Positions 47,901 to 55,280 of a stretch of DNA of 64,000 bases are shown piece after piece. The stretch is from Marinifilum sp. GTDB taxonomy: Bacteria > Bacteroidota > Bacteroidia > Bacteroidales > Marinifilaceae. Made by a program: the position numbers and the translations under genes. Position 1 is the stretch's first letter. Each line of letters starts with the position of its first letter. The DNA lies in the NCBI RefSeq assembly GCF_965230805.1, contig NZ_OZ246019.1, positions 4,581,941 to 4,645,940 on the forward strand, in the 5' to 3' direction. The notes below the pieces were generated by a model. The model was given only the letters and a program-made list of their open reading frames with translations, was not told where the DNA came from and searched no databases.

Positions 47901-50323
47901 AAATCTGTAATATTTGAAAAACCTCTAAATGCATTAAATAAACCTTTCGGGAAAGGTAACTTATTATTTTTAGGAGCAATTTCAATTACATCATCGTAAT
48001 TAATGTTTCCAGAACTAAAGTCTATTTTTTTTACTTTGTCAAGTATTTCTTGTTTTCTGGCTTCTTGTTGTTCTTTCCATTGAACAAACCAATTCTCATT
48101 TACCCAATAATCAGTTTTCATGCAGCTTCCCATTCTAAGATATGGGATAAATTTCTTCAATGATTTTTCTGAGAACGCACAATATTGGGATGAAAATTTC
48201 GGATAATTAGCAAAGTCCTTAATGATATTATTCTTTACTTCTTCGCTGATATCCCATTCTTCAAAGTAACCTTCGAAAAATGTTTTTATGCTTTTATTGT
48301 CATTGGCAACTCTTTCCTTATAATTTACTGAATAGAGATAATGCCATAATTTTACCTCTTTTTCTTTAGTCAAAAAAACTTCATAATCAGTAAATCCACA
48401 TCGCCTAAATCTGGTAACAAAACTAACTCGTGTTTGATTTCCTTTTAACTCTTCATCTTCCAGGAAATTCCAAACATAGTTGCTGTTTTTTGATTTGTAA
48501 TCAATCTTAAATTTCCTTTTACAAAAGCTAAGAAATTGATTTTGATTTATTGATTTGCATTTATTAAATTCTTCATAAAGCTCCTGATATATTTCTTCGT
48601 TAAAATATTCATTTGTGATATCAACATTTGTAGCAATTGTTCCCGTATCTTTATTCTTTTGTTCTAATTGGATAAGTTTTAAACTGTGTATTTTATCCCA
48701 AATTCTATACTCTTGAAATAAGGGATGAGTAGTAGGAGCTACCTTTCGATACATAGGGATATAATTAATCTCACCAGAATTCTTATCAACTGTTTCTTTC
48801 CAGTATCGAACCTCATATTTACAATTCGAAATTTCTGACTTCTTACTTTTTAGTGGACGTTGATATAAAAGGATATCTTCTACAAGTAAATGTTGTATCG
48901 CTTCTTTGTTATTTAATAAAGATTTAGCATGTGAATCATTATTAGGATATAACATTCTTACACATTTTTCAAAAATATCTTTATCCCTTAAAGTATCATG
49001 AAATTTTCTTTGGGTACTAATAATTTGCTTAAGTTCTTGACGATAGAATTCACGATCTAATACCTGGAACATACCACCAATAATCTTCGTGCGCTTACCC
49101 GTTTGAGCATCTTGCTTAAGTACACTATAAATCTTCGGTGAGATAAATTTATTCGCTTCTCCTGTTTCTTTATAATTAAAAGTAAGAGCTTCTTTCTCGG
49201 TTTTCTTTTTTAATAAGGTCCAATCACTAGAATTATCACTAAAATCCGGCTCTCTAAATTTTCTTTCTTTACCCTTAACTTTCTTTATTTCTCCCTGATG
49301 TGTATACTTTGTTTCAATTATATAATCATAACTTTTACCTTTTGCACTAAAATATTTATTTGTAAAGTTCTTTTTCGGTGGTTTTACTTCTATCCAACCA
49401 TTATCGTAAATAATACTAAAATTGTGTTTTCCATCTTCCTTTTGATATTTTACATCTGTTATCTGTAAATTAAAAATATCAATAACAGTAAATTCTACTT
49501 CTTTATCTTTAATATTACCTTCAATATCAACCTTCGATGTTTTTATTACTTCTTTTATATCACCGGTAAATGTAAATTGAGTTTCAGTATATTCTTTATA
49601 TTTAAATGAAATCGCACCATCAAGAGTAATGTCAAAATATGTACTCCCATTATTATCAATTTTCCTTTCAACATGAGTTACATGTAAATCAAGTTCCTCG
49701 ATAATTTCATTGTCTTTAGTCGATTTATCTTCGACTTCTATTTTTTCATAACCCCTTTTTTGGTTATAGCTTAATAAAACCCATGCTAATTCTTCTAAAG
49801 AGATCTTTTCAGAGAGAGCTTTTTGTCTTAAATAGTAGAGTGTCCAATCATAAGGTATTCGTTTTCCTTTCTGATTTTCCATGCCAATTTCATCAAGCAT
49901 TTCTTGATAACTATCCTTAAATAGAAAGTTTCTTTTTTTATTTTTTCCTGTATCATAAGCTATTTTTGGCTCTTTAAATAATTTAAATTGTCCACATCTC
50001 TTATTGGAAGAATTTGTAAAATTTATATCTAACTTGTAGTGCTCGGGCAATGAGTCCAATAGATTCAAGACCAAATGAAGTCTGTCTCTACGGAGTAGAT
50101 ATCGTTCATTTAGTCTTCTTATTCCCCTTCTTTCAGTTCTTAATGCTGCTGAACTCTTAATCTTTCCTTGACTTTCGAAGTCATTAATTTCTCCGGCATC
50201 CATAGGCAATATTCGTGAACCTAATCCAATAATTCCTAATTTTCCATTATCATGATCTATTTCAACTAATGCCCATCCAATCGAATTGGTACCTAGATCC
50301 AATCCTAATATGTTTTTTTTCAT
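44993..50323 (-). CDS. cas9: Cas9 (1776 aa), type II-C-style locus
   Basis: RuvC-I ILGLDLGTNSIGWA (D9), Arg-rich bridge helix RTERRGIRRLNERYLLRRDRL, RuvC-II IHVEVGRE (E889), HNH YNIDHIFPRASVTNNSLSNKV (D1013/H1014), RuvC-III DHRHHALDA (1210-1217). ATG at 50323 is preferred, because the 15-codon extension to 50368 overlaps the tracrRNA anti-repeat. Confidence 0.97.
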   Translation of the reverse strand: MKKNILGLDLGTNSIGWALVEIDHDNGKLGIIGLGSRILPMDAGEINDFESQGKIKSSAALRTERRGIRRLNERYLLRRDRLHLVLNLLDSLPEHYKLDINFTNSSNKRCGQFKLFKEPKIAYDTGKNKKRNFLFKDSYQEMLDEIGMENQKGKRIPYDWTLYYLRQKALSEKISLEELAWVLLSYNQKRGYEKIEVEDKSTKDNEIIEELDLHVTHVERKIDNNGSTYFDITLDGAISFKYKEYTETQFTFTGDIKEVIKTSKVDIEGNIKDKEVEFTVIDIFNLQITDVKYQKEDGKHNFSIIYDNGWIEVKPPKKNFTNKYFSAKGKSYDYIIETKYTHQGEIKKVKGKERKFREPDFSDNSSDWTLLKKKTEKEALTFNYKETGEANKFISPKIYSVLKQDAQTGKRTKIIGGMFQVLDREFYRQELKQIISTQRKFHDTLRDKDIFEKCVRMLYPNNDSHAKSLLNNKEAIQHLLVEDILLYQRPLKSKKSEISNCKYEVRYWKETVDKNSGEINYIPMYRKVAPTTHPLFQEYRIWDKIHSLKLIQLEQKNKDTGTIATNVDITNEYFNEEIYQELYEEFNKCKSINQNQFLSFCKRKFKIDYKSKNSNYVWNFLEDEELKGNQTRVSFVTRFRRCGFTDYEVFLTKEKEVKLWHYLYSVNYKERVANDNKSIKTFFEGYFEEWDISEEVKNNIIKDFANYPKFSSQYCAFSEKSLKKFIPYLRMGSCMKTDYWVNENWFVQWKEQQEARKQEILDKVKKIDFSSGNINYDDVIEIAPKNNKLPFPKGLFNAFRGFSNITDFQKLNLSQASYLIYGRHSELAQAKHWNSPEDIRNELHKELKQHSLNNPIAEKVLLEMMQVVADIWEYHGDSEKNYFSEIHVEVGRELKKSAKEKKRDTDNQKINREQNKRLRQVLEEFLCCEPYNASPKNKDHFERLKIVEDSVLNQHQYKKKAEKDEIDKVLRNPITKETFEKYKLWIEQGYKSPYTNKTISMTDLFDGKKYNIDHIFPRASVTNNSLSNKVVCEFEINKEKSNKTGREFINNPGKREIYCSAHNEKVRVISDDEYVATVLKQFSGNKKHILLSREIPKSFTNSQLNNARHIARKAMELLSHIVRAKGELEFCSRNVLPVTGRITSDLKKAWQLNEVWTELVSSRFIRMNELTKSNLFGQVQLAKTGKEFFNCNLNKTIREKDESYDIKRIDHRHHALDALIVALCTRGHVNYMNNINSKIHLKDIGKQKQLEAYRLTMKRNIMYSSPNKENPKDNDWYFMRPGEKRKPDAIDSRENTVLKKDYFYGEIEYHGNWKTMVLDALQNTIVTFKQNLRVINKTVNHYKDSNNQTSKQNTDNGQKYNWAIRRSLGKDTFYGKKTIKGSEKIVVRKKLDSSFNRKKIKTITDSGIRKILIRHLERFDTLELPFTQAINYIDASIERTEICSIVEDPENNFSSLDDFVTYLESNKYKFNKTDYSKLNIFIDKMQDPNLVRTNTKSSDITEHPEFAFTPEEIEVLNQPEILRGLNKGKAHAPIKKVRISEGFGKQRQVCEEDYGSKDYIKNEQYIKTDAGSNLYLGFYKGTYKDRKGEEVTVRKIEDISLMLLIDELKCDKDKRLNPFASRIYDSSKDMEYKWLFTISPLDLVYVPTQEEIEHPHLVDHHNLSKEQISRVYKFVDGGGGIANFVPYAVAKPIWKFHENKKKKEIYEELLENNILQISEDELIKDEFGFGSQQTKNQNMIDGKTQIKAICWKLEVDRLGNITKVIKHSNVEMYSES

Positions 50324-50352
50324 ACTCTCTTGTATTTTATATTTATTGTTTC

Positions 50353-50360
50353 TATTTTTG
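50353..50360 (+). promoter_or_regulatory. TAnnTTTG (-7-type) promoter motif for the predicted tracrRNA
   Basis: TATTTTTG lies 5 nt upstream of the anti-repeat and matches the Bacteroidota sigma-A -7 consensus. Confidence 0.4.
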
Positions 50361-50364
50361 ATCC

Positions 50365-50438
50365 ACATTCTGTAAGCAAATCACAATAAGGATTATTCCG
50401 TTGTGAAAACATTTAAAGCGGCATTTGTCGCTTTTTTT
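50365..50438 (+). ncRNA. Predicted tracrRNA
   Basis: ACATTCTGTAAGCAAATCACAAT (50365-50387) is complementary to repeat positions 1-23, with two G-U pairs. It is followed by AAGG..., then a terminator hairpin AGCGGC-ATTT-GTCGCT (50417-50432) and T7. Confidence 0.75.
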
Positions 50439-50699
50439 GTGTCTGTATTTTTTACCCTAATTTCTCGGTTGTAGGCTGTCATAACAATTAACCAAGCCGT
50501 TTCTTGCAGAAAATCAATATAATGGTAAGAAGTGTCAGTCATTAATTTAAGTAGTGTTTATATTCATATAAAACAAACAATATGTAAAGATATGAAAAAA
50601 TAAGCTACGCTAAACAGTATTCTTTTTTGTTATTTAGCCCGTATCCTGATTCCGGCTGCTAACACTACAAACCAAAATTCGATATAATCAAACCTTTCA

Positions 50700-50865
50700 G
50701 CAGCAACCCCCTGTTTAAGACGCCGAACCCATTCCCAATATAAGTTTTGTGTGTATTTGTGGATCTCTTTTGCAGAGCTAAATTTTTCGGATTAAAATCC
50801 TTAACTCCAAAAGCCCTGATTGCAAATCAGGACTAGCGATGTATCAAAAAACAATCTGTTTTCTG
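50700..50865 (+). repeat. 166-bp direct repeat, copy A (contains the 87-bp core at 50755-50841)
   Basis: Near-identical to 51181-51346. The core is the reverse complement of the core in the 235-bp tandem units at 38.9-39.5 kb. Confidence 0.9.
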
Positions 50866-51180
50866 AATGAAAAATGCCAATAATAATCCCAATCAATTGA
50901 AGAAATACAAATCTCTAAGGACAGAAAGGGGCGTTAGCCATAATATCTTAGTAGAAAAATAAGCTATGGCAGAAGAAGAGGGGCGCTAGTGTAAAGAATG
51001 CTAATTCCCCGAACTAATTTTTTGACCTATTTTCCTTTCTACTGCGTTAAGCTTTTTCGCCGTAGCTACGGCTATGCCTGTAAACCTTGCCTTGTAAAAA
51101 GAAAAATATTTTCAAAAACTTTAATTCGTTTTATTAACACTCTTCACACTAGCTCTGACATCTTTAAAATGAAACACTAA

Positions 51181-51346
51181 GCAGCAACCCCCTGTTTAAG
51201 ACACCAAACCCATTCCCATTATAAGTTTTATGTGTATTTGTGGATCTCTTTTACAGAGCTAAATTTTTCGGATTAAAATACTAAACTCCAAAAGCCCTGA
51301 TTGCAAATCAGGACTAGCGATGTATCAAAAAACAATCTGTTTTCTG
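51181..51346 (+). repeat. 166-bp direct repeat, copy B (contains the 87-bp core at 51236-51322)
   Basis: Lies 481 bp downstream of copy A and differs from it by a few substitutions. Confidence 0.9.
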
Positions 51347-51383
51347 TGTGAAAACAAGAACTTACACCAACTTACAGAACTTT

Positions 51384-53339
51384 TTATTTCTCTTCTAAGA
51401 TCAATACCACTTTATTAAAATCAGCGGCAGCGTTAACCACTTTTCTAAATGCCTCAAAGTATTTTTTATCGGTATAGATTTCGTCGTAAAACTCATCAAT
51501 CTCTACGATGTACTGATTTCCCTCGATACGATGTTTTGATTCAAATTTAAATACGCTTTCTCCATTCATTTCGTGCGAAACATTTAGATCTGCAACTTCG
51601 GGATTTGATATACTGAAATCTTTGGGAATGGTAAAATGTATGGTTCTTATATACCAACGTTTAAAATCATTTACAACATCGGCCTTGCGCTCTTCTTCCT
51701 GGTACATTTCAGTTTGGGGACCAATACTCTCACCAATATTCACCAATATTTTATTTCCTGCCATCTCCATAAAGTCTTCCGATTCCACATCAGCATAAAT
51801 AATAAATTCTGCATCCTTGGCCTGTTCATGTTTCGATTTTTCATGGGTAGTCATTTCCTTATACTCGGGCTTTCCAAATTTGGAAGCCATGATATTCTTT
51901 ATGAATTCGGCCTTGGCCTTTTCATCCATCATGTTGTAAAATTGCTTAAAGTAACCTCCGCTTAAACCCTTAAAGCAACGCTCGGTAATGATATGAGTGG
52001 TCCCCTCATCTACATTCAGATCCATTTTAATAAACATGTGGTCGTAATTATCGTGGTAGTCCAATGCTTTTATCTCCTTTATATGCGCCACTGCCGACTC
52101 AAAATCGCCCACCTGAACCAAATGAACAAATAAGCCATTGGTTGCACCAAGCAATGGAGGAAAAACGCCCAATCGATATTCAAAGTTTCCCGGAGCAATA
52201 TATTTGTCTATTGCAGGTAGATAAATCAAATACTTGCGCAAATAATCCCACGAACTAAAGTCTTTGTCCAAAGGAAAAACATCGCGATCGGATGCCACAA
52301 CAATATTGTGCTGTATGCCTAATTTCTTAAACAAATTAACATACAACTTCAGAATTCCTCTTTCGCTGCTAACCTTATTTTTGGAAACAAACTCCAGATC
52401 CTCAAAATCGGGGTGGTGAAATTCCTGAATTAAGATGTTCTTTTTAAGGTACTCTTCAATGCTTGCGATTTTATCTTCCAAATTGTTAGAAGATACATCG
52501 ATGTTAGCAATCATCTTATCCAATACCTCATAATCTTTTGCTTGTAGTATATAATTGTTCTCATAAATGCGTTGAGCCACATTATCCCATGTTAATATGG
52601 GAAAGTTCCCTTGTCCCTTATTGTAGGCCAACCGAAATTCAATGCGTGCTCTTCGAGGATTTACAAATGCATATTTCTCTTCCTTAAGAGCAGGAATATG
52701 ATTCATTTCTGCCGTATAAATGTTGCGTTTCTCTCCCAGTTCACTCTTTAGTTGTATTGGTGCATTGTAAGCTTTTGTATCGTAAAGCAATGTAGTCGGA
52801 GAACTTAGTTCCCATTTGGCTTTCAATACGGGGTAGGCATACTGAAAGTAAGTTCGTCCGAAATAATCCGAAGGAATCTTTTTGCTTATGATGTACTCAA
52901 TGTCATTGCCTACTTCTATTCCATCAATGGCAAAGATTTTATAATTATCGCGACTTTCATCGTCGGTTACCTCTTTAATACTACTTTTATCGAAATCAAC
53001 CACTTTGCCATTTTCATTAATGGTTCTGGCTTTAATATCCAACAGTTCAACCCCATTCCCTATTTCGATAGATAAAGTATTGAGCTGATTCACTGCCTTG
53101 TGATTTAAAGCTCTAAATTTCTTGTGAATGGTTTGAAATACAAAAAGGTTTCCCTCCTCGTTATGGAAATATTCGTAACGTTCGAATACATAGAGTGCAA
53201 CACGATCTTCATTGGTAAATTCATCTGATATGTTCGAATATGTTGGATTCTTCTCCCAAGAATATTCACTAGGTGCGATTTGTGCCAAAGCCATCAGTTG
53301 GCTAAAAACAAGGCAAATTGTGATATAATGTGCTTTCAT
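51384..53339 (-). CDS. Secreted DUF3857/DUF3858-like protein (no obvious transglutaminase catalytic Cys)
   Basis: Signal peptide MKAHYITICLVFSQLMALAQ. Its architecture parallels the upstream paralogue, but I found no GDCKD-type motif. Confidence 0.45.
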   Translation of the reverse strand: MKAHYITICLVFSQLMALAQIAPSEYSWEKNPTYSNISDEFTNEDRVALYVFERYEYFHNEEGNLFVFQTIHKKFRALNHKAVNQLNTLSIEIGNGVELLDIKARTINENGKVVDFDKSSIKEVTDDESRDNYKIFAIDGIEVGNDIEYIISKKIPSDYFGRTYFQYAYPVLKAKWELSSPTTLLYDTKAYNAPIQLKSELGEKRNIYTAEMNHIPALKEEKYAFVNPRRARIEFRLAYNKGQGNFPILTWDNVAQRIYENNYILQAKDYEVLDKMIANIDVSSNNLEDKIASIEEYLKKNILIQEFHHPDFEDLEFVSKNKVSSERGILKLYVNLFKKLGIQHNIVVASDRDVFPLDKDFSSWDYLRKYLIYLPAIDKYIAPGNFEYRLGVFPPLLGATNGLFVHLVQVGDFESAVAHIKEIKALDYHDNYDHMFIKMDLNVDEGTTHIITERCFKGLSGGYFKQFYNMMDEKAKAEFIKNIMASKFGKPEYKEMTTHEKSKHEQAKDAEFIIYADVESEDFMEMAGNKILVNIGESIGPQTEMYQEEERKADVVNDFKRWYIRTIHFTIPKDFSISNPEVADLNVSHEMNGESVFKFESKHRIEGNQYIVEIDEFYDEIYTDKKYFEAFRKVVNAAADFNKVVLILEEK

Positions 53340-53351
53340 AATAGTAATGCT

Positions 53352-55280
53352 TTAATTTTCTTGATGTTTCAGAACAATGGTTTCCCTGTAAGCTTTATTC
53401 AGTTGTTTAATCATTTTATTCCAATTGGTAAATTCTGATTTTGGCAAGTTTAAGAATTGAAAATTAATGCTCTTTTCCAGAATTACCTTGTTGTCCTCCG
53501 TTTTGTACACAATGTTAAAGCCGAATTGTTTGTTGCTGTAACTTGAGTTTTTTGGGAGATATTTCAGCTCGTAATCAGAGGGTATTTCTAAACTGGTTAC
53601 ATCAGTTTTTGTAAAATGAAAATCGTTACCAATTGGCGCAATAGAGACAGTTGTATCTGCCTTAAAATTCTTATACTCCCGCTGCAAATTCAAGTTCAGA
53701 TAAATCTCATCTTCGTAGGATCTTATGTAATCATCCACCTGAAATTCGTAGTGGATATCTATGGATTTCTCACGATCCTGAAGTGGGCTGATTTCATAAT
53801 TGGAAACTGTGCACTTGTTGTTGCCCTTATTTAAGATCTTATTCAACTTCTTCTTCAAACGTTCTTCATTCTGATCATAGAGAGCATAAGCCAATTCCAT
53901 ACGGTTGTATCCTACATGGCTACGTTTTCCTTTGCCACTCACCATTTTTTGATCAATTTGAATTTGAATTGAATCAACGATTTGGTTCTGGTAATACGGC
54001 AGCACAGGGAGTCTAAAAATCTTGTACTCATCCTTATTAATGCTCAAAAGAATATCTTTTCCCTGAATATGATCCGGAACCTGACCAAATTTCAGATGGC
54101 GAATGGTTCCGTCCATTACAATTAAAGAATCTTGATTCAGGTATGCAGCAACCATATGATTGTCGGTCTGAATCGTTGGCAATTCTTTGTAAGAGTAAGG
54201 TAAATTTCGTGTTCCCACCCAAGCGTAGTAACAAGGTAAACCAGCACAATCCATCATACTTTTAATAATACTGGTCATGTCTTTGCAGTCGCCATATCTT
54301 TTTTCGAATACCTTATCAGCAGAATTTGGCACAAAACCTCTCATCCCATCCTCAAAGGCAACATATTTGATGTTGTCCTGAACCCAATAAAGAATTGTTT
54401 TTGCCTTTTCATCATCTCCTTCAACTCCTTCTAAAAGTTCTTCAACAAATACCTTTAGATCTGCCGACTCAGTTTTTAAACCTTCAATATTAGAATAGTA
54501 GAAAGCATACAAGTCCTTCATATTTCCATAGAATGATTTCGAAACACCCTTGTACTTAACTTCACTAAGAATAGGTATGATATGAGGTGAGTAATACAAA
54601 ATATTAAAGTTATCGTTTCCTGTTTTCAGCTCCGGAAGCTTTGTCGCTTCCCACACCATGTATTTGTACTTGCCTTTTTTATATTCCGTAAATTCATAAG
54701 GCAGGTTTTCGCCGTGAAACATACGATAATCCATCACGATATTCTTGTGGTACTTGATCACAAATTTTGAGTGCATGCAAGGAATAAAAGATTGAAAGAA
54801 GAACTTCCTAAAAAAACGCTTATCCTTGTAATCTACATGATATTGCAAGGATGTTACAGCTCCCTTTTGCACATTGGGATAGGTAAAATGAATCAATTTG
54901 GAATCGTCGTAAAATATTGAAGTCGAAATGTCGTGAGTCTCTTTAAAATTATTGGTTTCATACTCGTCGAATTTTTCTCCCGCAGGTACATAGGTTTTTG
55001 CGTTTATATCTCTAACGCCAGTAAAACCGGAATAAAAGATATTGTCATTCGAAAAGGCTTTGGTATGCTGATTCAATATTAGAATTTGCTCCTTTACATT
55101 TTGAGAAGCCACTACTTCTCCTTCTTTAAAATCCAATAGCAAATGAGCTTCCTTCTCCAAAAAAACTGCATTGTATGCCTTGTATTTTTCCTTTAGGATG
55201 TCTAAATCATACTTGAATTGAGCCTGCAAGCATAAAGGCAATAAAGCCATAAGAATGAAAATGCTTTTCTTTGTCATCAT
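53352..55280 (-). CDS. Secreted DUF3857 + transglutaminase-like cysteine peptidase-fold protein
   Basis: Signal peptide MMTKKSIFILMALLPLCLQAQ. Candidate Cys-His-Asp triad: RYGDCKDMTSII, DNHMVAAY, IVMDGT. Its ATG overlaps the upstream stop codon (ATGA). Confidence 0.65.
   Translation of the reverse strand: MMTKKSIFILMALLPLCLQAQFKYDLDILKEKYKAYNAVFLEKEAHLLLDFKEGEVVASQNVKEQILILNQHTKAFSNDNIFYSGFTGVRDINAKTYVPAGEKFDEYETNNFKETHDISTSIFYDDSKLIHFTYPNVQKGAVTSLQYHVDYKDKRFFRKFFFQSFIPCMHSKFVIKYHKNIVMDYRMFHGENLPYEFTEYKKGKYKYMVWEATKLPELKTGNDNFNILYYSPHIIPILSEVKYKGVSKSFYGNMKDLYAFYYSNIEGLKTESADLKVFVEELLEGVEGDDEKAKTILYWVQDNIKYVAFEDGMRGFVPNSADKVFEKRYGDCKDMTSIIKSMMDCAGLPCYYAWVGTRNLPYSYKELPTIQTDNHMVAAYLNQDSLIVMDGTIRHLKFGQVPDHIQGKDILLSINKDEYKIFRLPVLPYYQNQIVDSIQIQIDQKMVSGKGKRSHVGYNRMELAYALYDQNEERLKKKLNKILNKGNNKCTVSNYEISPLQDREKSIDIHYEFQVDDYIRSYEDEIYLNLNLQREYKNFKADTTVSIAPIGNDFHFTKTDVTSLEIPSDYELKYLPKNSSYSNKQFGFNIVYKTEDNKVILEKSINFQFLNLPKSEFTNWNKMIKQLNKAYRETIVLKHQEN

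Noticed and set aside
50324-50368. A 15-codon N-terminal extension of cas9 (MWIKNRNNKYKIQES) used by the ORF track.
   Set aside because: The conserved RuvC-I motif follows the internal ATG at 50323 (MKKNILGLDLG) almost immediately. The extension overlaps the tracrRNA anti-repeat and its promoter on the other strand.
50391-50540. A 49-aa minus-strand ORF (MTDTSYHYIDFLQETAWLIV...), hand-translated upstream of cas9.
   Set aside because: It runs antisense through the predicted tracrRNA terminator, has no recognisable motifs and has no Shine-Dalgarno-like or conserved context.
50998-51180. A 60-aa ORF between the two 166-bp repeat copies.
   Set aside because: It has no motif and no ribosome-binding context, and it spans repeat-derived sequence and a palindrome, so it is probably non-coding.
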